Origin: Octopus vulgaris
Lineage: Eukaryota
Assembly: GCA_951406725.2 (NCBI GenBank)
Contig: OX597819.1
Location: forward strand, 103,416,001 to 103,480,000
Reading direction: 5' to 3'
DNA length: 64,000 nt
This document shows, piece by piece, positions 31,462 to 46,739 of the stretch. Both the position numbers and the translations under genes were made by a program. The notes beneath the pieces were generated by a model. That model was not told where the DNA came from, made no database searches, and saw nothing but the letters and a program-made list of their open reading frames with translations. Position 1 is the first letter of the stretch, and each line of letters opens with the position of its first letter.

Positions 31462-32647
31462 GAAGCTCAGATTACCCATCAATCAACTTAAATTATGGTC
31501 TATCGACGAAGATATTAGTTGAGGATACAGATATGAAAGTAGAAACTTAACTATTGAAATATATTGAAATGATATATCTCTGCAGATTAAATGGAAAATA
31601 CAAACATTCTCCAAGAATTATGCTACCGATCAATGTGTTATGAGCATTCCAACGGAATGTATGCCGTCAACAAAATTCTCTGGTAGAATAAATGTGACTA
31701 GTGGGGCATTTATATGAAGAGTACAGTTCAGCCGACAGGTTTTTGTAAGATAACCTCTACACCTATTCACTCAAAAACCAAAGGTGGACACGAGACTATG
31801 TTATATGGTCTTGCCTAATTTGCAACGAAGGAGGGTGAGTCTCATCACCTCAATGCTACATATCGAACATTTTAGTTTCTTATCCCTGCATACAAATATA
31901 AATATGCTTGCATAATCATATACAGAAGCACGGACACGTACATACCCACATAAAAATAAAATTACTACAGTTAAACAACTTTGCTGTGATGGTTAAAATA
32001 ATTAAAGTTTATGTTAATATATATATCACAAAATTTATAGAAGAATAAACATAAGAGAGACCTGAAAAATAAGAGGATAGATTGAGAGAGAAACGGTTGT
32101 TGAGTACTGTTAAAGTGAATAAGTGAGTAAACGAGTGGAAATATGCGCACAAGCTCAAACATATAATATATGCTTGGCTAAGAAGAGCTACATATGTATA
32201 TATGCGTGTGTATGTGTGTGCACGCGTGCTTTTGTGAGTGTATATATATGTGTATGTGTGTGTGTGTATGCATATACGTATGTGTGTGTGGTTATACATA
32301 TATTAATACACATTCATATTTATTTATTTATATATATATATATAAATACATCTGTGCATATATGGACATATATACATATATATATACGTGAGCGTGTCTT
32401 TATTTTAATCTTGTACAAACGCCAACGATTCACAATCGGTGTTGGTTTCATTAACTCACCATAACTTAGCGGTTTGGACAAAAAAATGTGTGATAGTTAA
32501 TTCCTAGCCTTTAGAAAGCACTGGAATAGATTTGGTCGACAAAACCCTTCAAAGCTGCTCCAGCATCCGTGCGGTTTACTGATAAAAAGGAAAGAATGCT
32601 TATACGTAAATTTGCTTCTCTACGTAATATGTGTACATATGTACTTG

Positions 32648-32714
<67 letters not shown>

Positions 32715-32718
<4 letters not shown>

Positions 32719-33313
32719 ACAATCAAGGAACGGCCATAATAGGCCATTCACCCACTAGAAATAACAGCCAAAAGCTTTAACCGCAAAATAACGTCAATTC
32801 CGTAAACCAGGAGAAAATTGAAAAACATTTACCCTGTAATTTCTTAGACGATGCACCGTTTCATCTTCTGTTTAATGGAAAACTAACCTGATTAAATTAA
32901 ATCAAGCCAATCTACCATAGGCCCTTAGATTCATCAGTAAGAAATAGCCAAACCGGAACAGATATTTTTCACGAGGTATTCTCATTGCTACCTCGTCAAT
33001 ATCTGACCTAAAATTTTCAAATCGTCGCACTCGCGCCACTCGGTTAGTTTTCCATTAAACAGAAGATGAAACGGTGCATCGTCTAAGAAATTACAGGGTA
33101 AATGTTTTTCAATTTTCTCCTGGTTTACGGAATTGACGTTATTTTGCGGTTAAAGCTTTTGGCTGTTATTTCTAGTGGGTGAATGGCCTATTATGGCCGT
33201 TCCTTGATTGTTGATGTTGAACTTAAAAATGGTTTATGACTATTTAATTTTTTCCCACTAGGCCGCTGGTGGCAAAAGAATTCTACAAAATTTTTTTTGC
33301 CACCCTATATTGA

Positions 33314-33318
<5 letters not shown>
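32715..33318. mobile_element. HHR-bearing non-coding retroelement, family copy 2, with 174-bp perfect inverted repeat, inside (TA)n
   Basis: Arms 32715-32888 / 33042-33215; (TA)n on both sides; shares CCTATTATGGCC(A/G)TTCCTT and the 3' end with copy 1. Confidence 0.8.
32839..32945 (-). ncRNA. Type I hammerhead ribozyme
   Basis: Minus strand ATTTCTTA CTGATGA ATCT...(60 nt)...AGAT GAAA CGGTGCATCG TC TAAGAAAT: 8-bp stem I, canonical core, GUC site at 32847. Confidence 0.88.
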
Positions 33319-33377
<59 letters not shown>

Positions 33378-33412
33378 GTATGTATGTATGTATGTATGTA
33401 TGTATATATAGC

Positions 33413-33583
33413 GGCGCAGGCGTGGCTGTGTGGTGAATAGCTTGCTTACCAACCACATGCTTCCGGGTTCATTCCCACTGCGTGGTACCTTGGGCAATTG
33501 TCTTCTACTATAGCCTTTGGCCGACCAAAGCCTTGTGAGTGGATTTGGTAGACGGAAACTGAAAGTAGCCTGTCGTATATACA

Positions 33584-33641
<58 letters not shown>

Positions 33642-33652
33642 GTGTGTGTGCG

Positions 33653-33683
<31 letters not shown>

Positions 33684-33832
33684 CTGTGTTTCACAACAGA
33701 TGCTGGTGAGACCGCTACAATAAGTAAAAGGCTTACAAAGAATAACTTCTGGTGTCGATTTGTTCGACTAAAGGCGGTGCTCCAGTATGGCCGCAGTCAA
33801 TTGACTGAAACAAATAAATGAGTAAAAGAATA
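33413..33832 (+). mobile_element. Full-length tRNA-derived SINE (CR1-like tail family) with internal (TG)n
   Basis: GGCGCAGGCGTGGCTGTGTGGTGAA A-box, GGTTCATTCCC B-box, tail GGCGGTGCTCCAGTATGGCCGCAGTCAATTGACTGAAACAAATAAA. Confidence 0.85.
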
Positions 33833-33911
33833 CGCACACACACACACAGGCACTCTCTTTCCCTCACACACACATATATATATGTATATATAAATATATA
33901 AATATATATAA

Positions 33912-33956
<45 letters not shown>

Positions 33957-35523
33957 TGTATATATATATATACATATATATATACAGTATATATATATAC
34001 ACACACATAAATATGTATGTATGTGTGCGTGTATACTTATACATTCATATATACATGCTTCTCTCTATATATATATTCACACACACACACATATATATAT
34101 ATATATACCTGCATACATACATACATAGACAGACCTTAATGTAAACATGGAAGTATCTGTCTGCGAACATTATGTATACACTTAAAATACGTTCGTAGTT
34201 ATTCGTAGCAGAGCACACCAGATGCTTCCTTATTTCCATTCTATGTTTATATAAATATATCTGTAGGTCATTTATCACCGAAGTTCTGCTTTTGACACTT
34301 TTGTCCTAGAACAGCAATATCTGCAGAAGTAATAGTTATAATTGCTAAATGTCTTTTAGAAAAGGCTTCTTGTTGGAGAACATCTTCTTGTGGGGAACAT
34401 CTTCTCGTGCTATATATATCTAGTTATATTATTAGGAAAATATATTTAAATTTTTAACACGTGAATTTTGCCTCTGGATATGATTTACCTCTAAAAAGGA
34501 GAGATTTCAAGAATTTCCATGTGTAATTTTTACTTAAAAGTTTTAAAACTTCTTTTTTCCTTACATAAAGTAGAATATTTTGTTTGTTGTTTATAGCTGT
34601 GTATAGTACTATTTCTTCCCTTATGAGATCGTCAGCAGGTCATAATTCGAGACACAAATTTATTAAGCTAAATGCAACAATCTACGAAAAGTCTTTAAAA
34701 AAGAGAGAAGATAGAAAATAGTTCTTAGTTTAAAGACATATTTCAACTTTATTTTTCTTCATCTTAAATCGGAAAAATGCTTAGATCTTATATGAAAATC
34801 ATATATTTCCAGGGAAATTGTGCCATGAAAAATGTTCTTTGCGTAGCCACAGTTAATGTTTTTGCCACAAACAAGTTTCGCTAGCCTGCTTTGGTATATT
34901 TTTGTCGGCTGCTATTTCATATGAGTTAGAATTAGTATTCCACGTGTTCATATTACTGCGGCTCTTACCAACGATATCCGTGGGTAAACTTCGTAAAACA
35001 ACACAGCTATTCAAACGCGCAGTTTACCTCTGATGGTGATTTGCCGTTAAAGCGTATAGAATAACTTCTCGGTTAAAGAAAGACGAAGAACCTCATTTAA
35101 TTTTTGACTTAAATATATTTTAATGCTTATTTTTTATATAAAATTAAGCAAAGTCCTTAAAGCTTTCAGGCGTTGGTAGCCATACACAGCACTATTTCAT
35201 CCTTCTTTTGACTCGTCTGTACGTTTCTTTGTTCAAATTCTTTTAATCTCTTTGCATTCTTACTATTTCGAGATAAGTTTTGCTTTTCATTTCTTCGACT
35301 CTGAAAGAATGAAAGCACCAACTGAGCATTGGGGTCCATATCGTCGATTGGACCACTTCCTTGGCCATTATAGTCAATTTTACATAAATGCTTGCTGTTA
35401 ATTTAGGGCTGAAGCAATTAAAGAAGTTTGTTATTCTTCAAATCTATCCAACTTCTGGTAGTTTCTTCTCTTGAATAATAAAAGACATATTTCTCACACA
35501 TGCATTCTACTTATCTTATTTTT

Positions 35524-35585
<62 letters not shown>

Positions 35586-35749
35586 TAAATATACTGAACA
35601 ATAAAAAGAACAATGCAAGAAGAAGAAATCTTCAAAGATAAGATAAAAGCTGAACGTTTCAATGGAAATAGACAGTATCATTACGCTTCGGATCTGTTTT
35701 TTATAAGAAGGAAGGAAGGAAAGAAGGAAAGAAAGAAGGAAGGAAGGAC

Positions 35750-35780
<31 letters not shown>

Positions 35781-37213
35781 AGGAAAGAAAGAAGGATGAT
35801 AAATAGATATTGTAGGGGGCGTGATGAAAAGAAATAATAAGTAGGTGAGGATTAACAACTATTTGGGGATGATGTTCTCTGAGGGCAGTTATGAAGGGGG
35901 CGCGGAGTGGGTATGTCGTCTTGAAGCAAATCCGTTCTTTCACTGGAAGTAATACTTTAAAAAAAAGCCCTTATTAGTAACGGCGAAATAATTACAATAA
36001 AATAAAAGATAACCCCCGTAACACTGTCTAATTGAGATATCTGTTGATCTCTTTCCCATTTATTGAACACAAATTAGTTCTTGAGATAATTAAAGTTATT
36101 GAGTTAACGCTTATATTACACAAACGAAATGTGAAAGAAACACACCAGTCACTATTGAATAACGTTGAATAACGGTTATATTGTTATTATATCAATGCGT
36201 CACTCACTATGTAAATATATGAGCGAGCCTGTGCATGTGTGTGTATGTGTGTGTTTGTGAGTGTGTGTAATTTATGAATATTAGTCAACACCTGGTACTC
36301 ACATATCTTTTAAATAGTTAAATAAACCAAACTGAAATTACTTTATTTCAGTACGGAAGAATGTAATTTCAGAATAAAAGAAATTTGCAAAAATTCTTTC
36401 CTGAATAAGTACTGTTGTTCTGAAAGGTATATTCAACAAATCTATAGTCCAGCATTGTGAGGTTGACGAAACCGTGAAAGCAATGGTTTGCTGGATTATA
36501 TAAATCACAGATTTCAGTTGCAATCATACCGATTTACAATTTTGTTCCTTGTCCCTTGTCAAGTAATTTGTGTTACAATACCAAATACCCAAGCATCATT
36601 TGTAAATTTTCAAAGTATAAAAAAATAACTAAACTTCATGATGTTCACCACTCTGAATCTCACTTCTCTTGGATTTCAGTTCTTATCTAGAGTGGCTCTC
36701 AAATTTGGCTAAGCACTGTTCTCGCACACTTCACATCATCAAACTATCTAATTTTGTTGCATCTCATTTCAAGAAAGATTTCATTTTGTCCATTATCTTG
36801 CTAAATTGCTGGTATATACACCAAATACGCCTTACATTATTTGATCCAGATTTTCCTATCAGATTTTTAAAGTGTCCACTCACGGATCTTTATTCGAACC
36901 TAATTCTATTAGCTTTGCAGAATCCCAAATTTCGGTAATATCTCCAACATTTAGTTCTTGTGTATATTTAGGGATATTTCTGAAATCTCATTATTCCACG
37001 GAGAAGAAAATCATTTTGAGTTGTTACTCGACAATCAACAATTCATGCCCTTACGGCTATAGATATAGTTGTCCACAGGCTGGGAGCATACGTGTATACA
37101 CACAAAAACACACACATACACACACATTTCAAACTACATTACGTTACACTGTTTAATATGAAACTTGAACTGATCATATCTCTATGCTCTCTCCCCCTCT
37201 CTCTCTCTTCCTA

Positions 37214-37277
<64 letters not shown>

Positions 37278-37852
37278 AATCTCTATATATGTATATATGT
37301 ATTTCTTGTGTATTGCTTGCGATGAGTGGATTACGTCCGCAATGTCGTGGGTTGGTTTCCTAGATCGGGCACTATGTCTTTCAGCAAGACGTTGATCTAT
37401 TTAATTCAGCGGATAATGTGTACTAGCTGCCTCTCTCCAATCAGCTGAACCTGAGTGTGCAGCCGAGTCTAAATACGAGAAATTCAAGCTGGTGTCTATA
37501 TCGCCTCGCTGGTTGAGAGGCACCAAAAACATCGAAAGCATGCTACGTGCTATCATTTCATTTTTGATCGCTTGTGACTACTTGAATTCGGATGGAAGAG
37601 AACCTGAACACATACAAAACCATATTGCCGGCTAATTCACCTTATTCCACGAATAAAACCATAAGGAGATAAACGTACAGAAATGCACCAAATACTGTCT
37701 AAGCGCAATGATAACCACAGACTCCGAGAAGCTGGCTTTAGGACCATATGATTCAAGAAGGCCCTTTGACCTTTATATATATATGTGTGTGTGTGTATGT
37801 CCGTGTGTGAGTGTATGTTATATGTATCTATGTATGTATGCGTGTATGCATG

Positions 37853-37884
<32 letters not shown>

Positions 37885-37890
37885 TGTATG

Positions 37891-37935
<45 letters not shown>

Positions 37936-37947
37936 TTTATTTATATA

Positions 37948-38140
37948 CTGAGTTTCTCGTTGCCGTTCATCAGACAGTTTTTGCTAGAATCTAGCAAAAA
38001 CTGTCTGATGAACGGCAACGAGAAACTCAGAGTAACAGATTTTGTTGAATTTTCTGCTGCTTTAAATAAAGCATATTACTCTACCACTGGTATTTGAGTA
38101 CTCTTTTTTCCACCTTGTTTCACATTTATGTGTTTACTCC

Positions 38141-38142
<2 letters not shown>
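37948..38142 (+). mobile_element. Fold-back HHR element between (TA)n tracts
   Basis: Perfect 40-bp inverted repeat 37948-37987 / 37991-38030; HHR at 38001-38038; tail runs into (TA)n at 38143. Confidence 0.75.
38001..38038 (+). ncRNA. Small type I hammerhead ribozyme
   Basis: CTGT CTGATGA ACG-GCAA-CGA GAAA CTCAGAG TA ACAG; GNRA loop II, GUA site; first stem II pair mismatched. Confidence 0.75.
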
Positions 38143-38174
<32 letters not shown>

Positions 38175-38353
38175 TGAGTGTACAAATGAAAGAAAAGGAC
38201 ACTCAGCAATTTAGGAGGAGTTACATGCATTATTTGAAAGATGTTGATTCGGTTTCATTCGCCGTAAAGTTTCGCAAGCGGGCTTCTGTTCGATGCCTGC
38301 GAAACTGAAAGTCTCATAGAACCGAATTAAACTGTTTTAAATAATGTAATGCA

Positions 38354-38409
<56 letters not shown>

Positions 38410-40177
38410 AGATAGATAGATACATACATACATAATACATACATACACACACACTTATATTCACATATATGTATAAGTGAGAGTGAGAGAGATTGACATA
38501 AATGGATGAGTTTCTATCCCTCTCTGCCGGAAATTGCTTGTAGGTGAGTGTTTTGAATGTATATAGATATGCGTGCTTTCTTATGTCCATTGAAGATATT
38601 TAGCGTACTTGCGTGCACGTTTGCGTACTTATATATATGTGTATGTATGGGTGAGTGTGCGTGCGACGCGTGCGCTTTTGTGTAGAAACCTATAAAATTT
38701 TATGAATCTTTATAAAATTTCCGTACACAGACATCTTCGGCCAGCATCTTATTGGCCGTATTAAACTGTCAAATAATAACCATAATCTCTCTCTCTCTCT
38801 CCCCACCTATCTCTCACCCTTCAACTCTCGCTCCATCACTCTCTCTTTCTCTCTCTCTCTCGCTCTCTCTTGCTCTGCTGATTGGCTATTTCATTCCATC
38901 AGGTTGCCGCAAGGTTTTACAGATTCGTTCTAGCGTAAGTGATGTTTATAGATTTACAATTATATGTATGTGCGTATGAATGAGTGTGTATGTGTGAGCG
39001 TGAGTGTTTGTGTGTGTGTGTGTGTGCATGTGCATATGAATAGGTGTGTGTATATATGTGTATGTGTTCGCGTGCGTTTGTGCGTGTGTTTAATAAGCTA
39101 TTTGATAGAATTCTGCAAGGCAAAATACATTCCTCACTTTTGAATAAATATTTAAGCTTTATTGAGCGAGCTATAGTTTTAAACTAGCCTTCTTCTACTT
39201 AGATGTAAATACTCTGTATGCAATGAGAATAGATCTGAATTCATTGACATTTCAAATTAATTTTATTTAAGTCACTCTTCGTGACTTAAATAAAATTTAG
39301 TTCTATCCAAAAATGGCTTATTTTCTCTCCGGCTGAAGATGGTTCTTGTGTTTTCTCATAACGGCCATTTACAAGAAACACGTACATATCCTCGACATAT
39401 ATATATATACAGAGAGAGAGAAAGACAGACAGACAGTCAGACAGACAAACAGACAGAGAGATGGGAATTTACGTATAATGACCAACATCACGAGCTCAAC
39501 AGTAGCAGCTTTGTCATGATGGATTCTATAGATGGACTATTACTATTGTAATGTATACAGAACTCCTGATAAAAACTTTGCCGCATTAAGTATTTATCTA
39601 ATGTCCGTTGCCATTTTTGTTAGTGTTGTTTAATTTCAGGTGTGCTTCGAACCAGCAGAGCTGTGTACATAAATGCACCAGTTGTGACTACCTCGTCTTT
39701 TATTCAGACTTAGTCCGTCGAGAACTACAATTAGTAATATGGTTGGAGACAATAGTTTGCGGTTTGAAATTTGATTAAAATGTTATTTGAAGGAAGAGAA
39801 GTGGCCTACCTATACTATATCTCGTCGATTCTCAACCACTCAGAGTTACTCTAGGTGATTCTTTACTTATGAGCCCCATACCGACATATGCAGGTGACCT
39901 CACTAAATAACTGAATTATTTTAGTATCTCTCCTCCACTTGACAAAACATATTTTACATCAGTATAATTCTTATTTGTTTACCAAGGTGTTTGGCAAGTT
40001 TAAAAATTGGATTAATTCATAAACCCTCTTAATATTATTACTGTTTTAATTTTAATGTCGAATCATTATTTTATAAAGTATTGCAATTTGATCTCTCCCG
40101 TTTTATTTAGAGTTTTACTTAGAGTAACACCCAGCCCTCTGAGAAATACTGTTTTGTTGGCTTTGTACTACAAAGAT

Positions 40178-40502
40178 GTGAAGACGCATGGCTCAATGGT
40201 TAAAGCATCGGGCTCACAAGCATGAGGTAGTGTGTTTCATTCCCGGACCGGGCTGCGTGTTGTGTTCTTAAGCAAGACACTTTATTTCATGTTGCCTTAG
40301 TTCACTCAGCTGTAGAAATGATTTGTGACGCCACTGGTGCCAAATTGTATCGGTCTTTGCCTTCCTCTTGGATAACATTGCTGGCGTGGAGAGAGGAGGC
40401 TGGTATGCATGGGCAACTGCTAGTCTTCCATAAACAGCCTTGCCCGGACTTAACTTTCTAGGAGTAATTCTATGGTCATTCAATACCAAAGGGGGTCTTT
40501 AC
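40178..40502 (+). mobile_element. tRNA-derived SINE (V-domain-like body)
   Basis: GTGAAGACGCATGGCTCAATGGTTAAAGC head; GTTGTGTTCTTAAGCAAGACACTTTATTTCA; TSD-like TACTACAAA on both flanks. Confidence 0.85.
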
Positions 40503-41264
40503 ACTTTACTACAAATGTGGGTATACAGATACTTTGAAAATACCTCACGGGGTGACGACTCTACCCTGAATGGTTACGGGTTTTCCTCGTGAAGCGGTAA
40601 CGGAATCACTCAACTGAGACAACGGCACTTAAATTGATGCTGAGCGGAAGAATCCTAGGTCCACGATCAGGACCACCCAAGCTCTATAAATAGAACAACT
40701 GCAATGCAGCCATTGGGTTGGCGTCCATGGTCGTGTAAACAGCTAATGAGAGATTCACTATGACTCAAGCTTTCGATTCAAATCCATAACGATGGAGTTG
40801 AACAGTGACAGAGTCATGGGGGCCCGCGAAACAACGAAAAAAATTATACGGAGAGTTTCATTTGTTGCCGTACTACTTGGGGTTTCTATGGCCCCGTATA
40901 ACTTGAATCAGTATTTTTCTTCTTTTTTTTTTTAAGTTAGCGATACTGGGCCCTGGGGAAGATGGAAGATTTTACATTGGTACTGAGATGACGGCAGACA
41001 GAGATAGATGCATCTCTGAAGTTTTTAATCTCCCATTTTGATATTATCTGTTAATATAAATTAAAACTTGATAAACTGTTTGCTGGATTGAAACAGGCAC
41101 GTAGTTACTTCTTAGCACCAAAGGATGTCTCTAGTTTCGAATAAAAAATACAATAATTGAGAAGATTCGACGTTTGACTAAATAACAAATGTTAGATGAT
41201 GTGCAAGAGTGCTCTCTTTACTAATTTATTTGTTTAATCAAATAAATGGTTATAATATTGAGTT

Positions 41265-41367
41265 ATAAATAATTTACAAAATACTTGGTTAAACTGAACA
41301 TATGGCAGCATATTGTCTTGTAAATAATTTAAACGATACTTGGCTAAGCTGAACACGTGGCAACATG
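41265..41367. repeat. Two-copy diverged tandem duplication (~55 bp)
   Basis: TAAATAATTTA...ATACTTGG(T/C)TAA(A/G)CTGAACA(T/C)(A/G)TGGCA(G/A)CAT twice. Confidence 0.7.
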
Positions 41368-41492
41368 TTTAGTAAAGATAGACAAATATAAAATAAATTG
41401 GCCTGAATCTCAAAATCGTACTGCACTTACCGCACAATAAACACAAAACTAGTTGGGTGTGTGTAAATACACACACACATGTATATACATAT

Positions 41493-41530
<38 letters not shown>

Positions 41531-42254
41531 CATATATATGTACATATACAAATATATATGTATTATATAGTTGTGTGCACATATATATATATAGACACAC
41601 ACACAGAGTATATATTTGGTAAATATGTATGTATGTATGTATGTATGTATGCATGTATGCACGCACGTATGTATGTGTAAACTATTGATTGATTTATCAA
41701 TATATCTTGTGTATTTATTTCAGCAATTTTAAGACATCAAAAAAAAAGCGTAACACAAAGTTGTCCTTCGCACACATTGCTTTGACGTGGAACAGGCGGA
41801 TTTTACAGAATCATACCGAAGCTGCTGTTTATAACCTTATTTTAAGCAATTAAATCCAACATCTCAAGAACCTTTACATTTCAAAAGCTTTCCGAAACTT
41901 GGAGCCTAAACACCTTAGAGATATCATAATTATTTACTTACTGAAATCAATGTCTTGCTTTTATCTGTTGATGTACTTTAAAGGCAACACGAAATTTCCT
42001 TTATTTTGGGATTCTTAATGTTCAGTTTATTTCTATAGCTAACTCTGCTGCTTAGACCAATCTAATCACTTAACTTTTCTCTTCATTTTGTTATACTCAA
42101 CCCTCCCTCTCCCGGCCACCTCCTCCAAACCGTTTCGTTTGCGCCATGAAAGAATGAAAGACCAGAAAACCAGGAACACAACTGAATAATATTCCCTCTT
42201 CTTCTCTTTCTTTCATTTACTCTCTCACCCTCCTTCACTCTCTCACTTGTTTCC

Positions 42255-43275
<1,021 letters not shown>

Positions 43276-44366
43276 TCCGTCGTCTATTTCTCCTATTTCT
43301 ACCCTTTTATTTCCCCTTTTCTCTTTAATATCCCGTCTACCCATGGCCCACTCTATTCATCTCTAATTCTCTCCCTCTCAAAATCCAGTTAACGGTCATC
43401 TTTCCATTAGCAACGTACGCTCCAGCTCCCACTCACACGAAATCATCACCGTTTTTACCTTTTCTACACTCTGTTTCTATCTCTTTCCTTGCTTGTATCT
43501 CATTCTGTCTGTCACTATCTCTCTCTCATTCTCTCTATCCCTTTCTCCCTATGCGTGCATGAATAAAGAGAGAGAGAGGGGGAGAAGTAGAATAAAGAGT
43601 AACAGCCAATGAGAGTCAAAACACTAGATAGTGGAACAGAGTTACACATACTTCGTTGTATTTGTTGTGCAAGAGATAAAAAGCGGGAATGATTAAGGAC
43701 GAGTGCAGTTTTGGAGTGTGCACTTGTTACGAAGGAGTAATCTATATATGCATATAAATATATACTGTAGAATTCGTTTCAACTCGAACTTCGAGATTTG
43801 AATATACATTTTTTTTAATATGCCCTCAAATAAAACATGAATTTCCAGTTAAATGACAACTTTAGAATATTTAGCTCTAGTTTAACTACGAAGTCTATGT
43901 GTCTGCAAATATGTTAAATTTGTCAAAATTCATTTAATATAACTCCCACAACAAATATTAAGACACACAAACATGCACAGAGAGGGAGTGTGAGAAACAT
44001 GTATACATAAATGCATACGTATATAAATGCATGTATATAAGCACACGGGAGCGCGCATGCATACTCAGAGGAGATAGAGAAAGACACTTGCTTAAAGTAT
44101 TGAGGTGTTGGGTAAACTCCGGATCCATAATTGTTAACCCATACCATCTATTTATCTATCAGTAATTTGCATCCACTTCCTCTACACATGCTATCTATCT
44201 ACAGCTCTCAAGTATAGCGTATATTATCAATTCTACTGTATAGAATGATTTGGTTTAATAGAATGGTTTGTATGTTTATGCCAGCATACATATAATTATA
44301 CAAATATATTCGTGTATGTAATCATGTATCTGTATGTACGTAAGTAAAGCTATCCCTCAATGTGTG

Positions 44367-44444
<78 letters not shown>

Positions 44445-45449
44445 TGTGTGTTTGTGTGTTTATTTATATCTCTTTATATGCATATCTGAATGAGCGTGCA
44501 TGGATATGTGTCTTGTGAAAATGTATCTTATTTTGAACGAAAACGTATTTCTCTACGAATAGCTGACTGAAATTTCGGCACATATTTACTATAGAATAAT
44601 ATGACTCACGTGCTCAGCCGAGTATATATATATTATCTAAATTGAAGTATAACTCAGAAAATAATACAACGAATTGGTAATTATATGTAATTCTTGACTT
44701 GGCTATTAATCTCCAGTGAGGAATATAACAAAAAGAATTTTCGATAAACCAAATTAAAGAAAACATGATTGCTACTATCTTACAAATTTACTATTCTCTC
44801 CTGTGACAAAATTTTATTTCTGTGTTTCTTCTTTGCCTCATCAGGGAGTCCAAACAGCGAACTTCCTGAAATTTGTTAATAGGTAACTATTGGACTTATG
44901 CATTCTGGATTTATAATCGACTTTGACAGAGAAATGTGCTAAACCAAGCTAAAAAAATTTAGGATGTGAATATCTCATAAAGTGCATTGCATAGATTATT
45001 ACGATCATTAACAAAATGAGAGTAAGTTTTACTTGTACTCAACACAAATATACATCAACTAATTTTACTTCTAAATTATCACATTTAAGTTAGAAAAGTA
45101 CAGGTAATTTTTAAATAATTTCGGGATTCCGATGTTAGTCTCTTAAGGGAGAAAAAGAAAAGAAACATAAATTTCCATACAATAGTTAAACAGGATTGGT
45201 ATTACCTCACATCGTTGCTAATCTCTCTTGCAACCTAAACCTAATTCAACTTCTACGTTACAACTTTTCATTTAAATACAATAAAAAACTACTGTGTATA
45301 GGGGTGTATTTATGTGCACACGTGTGCGTGCATGCGCGTATGTATGCGTATGTGCGCGCGTGTGTGTATTTATATATACTAGCTGGACCCGAGAAAAATT
45401 CACGGAAAACAAAAAATGTAAGCATCTGTAAACAGTGTACGGGTGCCAT

Positions 45450-45620
45450 GAGAAATGCTTGTATATTATGACCGTCTGTCTTTACGTTCAGAGTTCAAAT
45501 TCTGCCGAGATGCACTTCGCTTTTCGTCTTTTCGGGATCGATAAATTAAGTATCAGTTGTGTACTGAGGTCGATCCAAGCAATTGGCCCCCTCCCCACTA
45601 AAAGTTCAGGCCTAGAAAAG
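45450..45620 (+). mobile_element. MetaSINE-like SINE, partial
   Basis: GAGTTCAAATTCTGCCGAG...TTTTCGGGATCGATAAATTAAGTATCAG. Confidence 0.65.
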
Positions 45621-45897
45621 TATATTGTGATACTTACAGAATATAGAAATTAATGTAACACCAATGACTAAATAACCAAAATATTTTAGATGCACAAACG
45701 TAAACTGCATCACAATTTAACCTTAAAATACATCGTACATATTCAAAGAAATTTAATGTACAAATTGAAATGCAAAAGAACGAAATAATAAATGGATTTA
45801 TGAATGAAAGTTTGGTAATTGCGTTTATTTCCACCACACGACACTTTTAACTAACCTAAATTGTACACGCACAGAAATACATTCATATATATATATG

Positions 45898-46025
45898 TCT
45901 CGAGTTGTAGCTGTAATTCAAAGGAGCCAGCCTTGTCATATTCTGTGTGAAGCTGAAACTCCCTGAGAGCTACGTTAATGTTATGCATGTCTGTGGAGTA
46001 CTAAGCCATTTGTGAGTTAACTTTA
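45898..46025 (+). mobile_element. SINE internal-domain fragment (Nin-like)
   Basis: TCAAAGGAGCCAGCCTTGTCA...CTCCCTGAGAGCTACGTTAA is the reverse-complement homolog of the 50860-51180 body. Confidence 0.55.
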
Positions 46026-46618
46026 TCCTCGTTTAGTAATGAAAAGTGAAATCGGTATTCAATATTTGCTGAGTGTATGTATCTATGTATGAACTTTCCC
46101 TCTCTCCTTCTCCCTTGCTCACGAGGCTCCCACGTGACCATCGGCTATCATTCTTTCTCTCCGTTGTAGCTGGAACAAGGAAGACGTGTTCTTGTTTGTA
46201 TCCTGTCCTAGCTTGATTTACACATTCGCCACCACAACCTCGTTTAGGCATAGCAGCCCTTCTTTTTTACTTTCATTGTCCTGTTTGTGTTACCTATTTT
46301 CACCCTCTGCAATATCCCAAATTTTATTTAATTTGCTTTGCTGGAGCAACTGTTTTATCGAAAGTGTATCTTGTTAAATGCTCGAAATACGAGACTAGAA
46401 AACACAACTGACGAAGTGCTGTTCTTTATGTTGTTTGTTTTGTTTTCCATCTGTGTCTTCCATTGTTCGAAAGAATAGTTCTATGTACTCTTGCTTCGTA
46501 CATTTTTATTGTATACGTTTCATGACGTCCTGTGTCCACATATGCAAATATATACATATACGAATTGATGTATGTACATATACGTATGTATATATGCATA
46601 TATATATTATTTATGTTA

Positions 46619-46653
<35 letters not shown>

Positions 46654-46739
46654 GAGAGTGTGTGTATGTATATGTTTATATATATATATATGTGTGTGTG
46701 TGTGTGAGTGTGTGTACTTACATATATTACTATTTTTCA

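Noticed and set aside
36300-37085. Coding-like decayed sequence, possibly an old transposon
   Set aside because: No diagnostic motif recognised in any frame
40515-40900. GC-richer segment with CTATAAATAG, possible solo LTR
   Set aside because: No TG...CA termini with TSD, PBS or PPT identified
43600-43745. CCAAT box plus TATA-like GATAAAAAG as a promoter
   Set aside because: Only two weak motifs and no downstream exon or donor evidence
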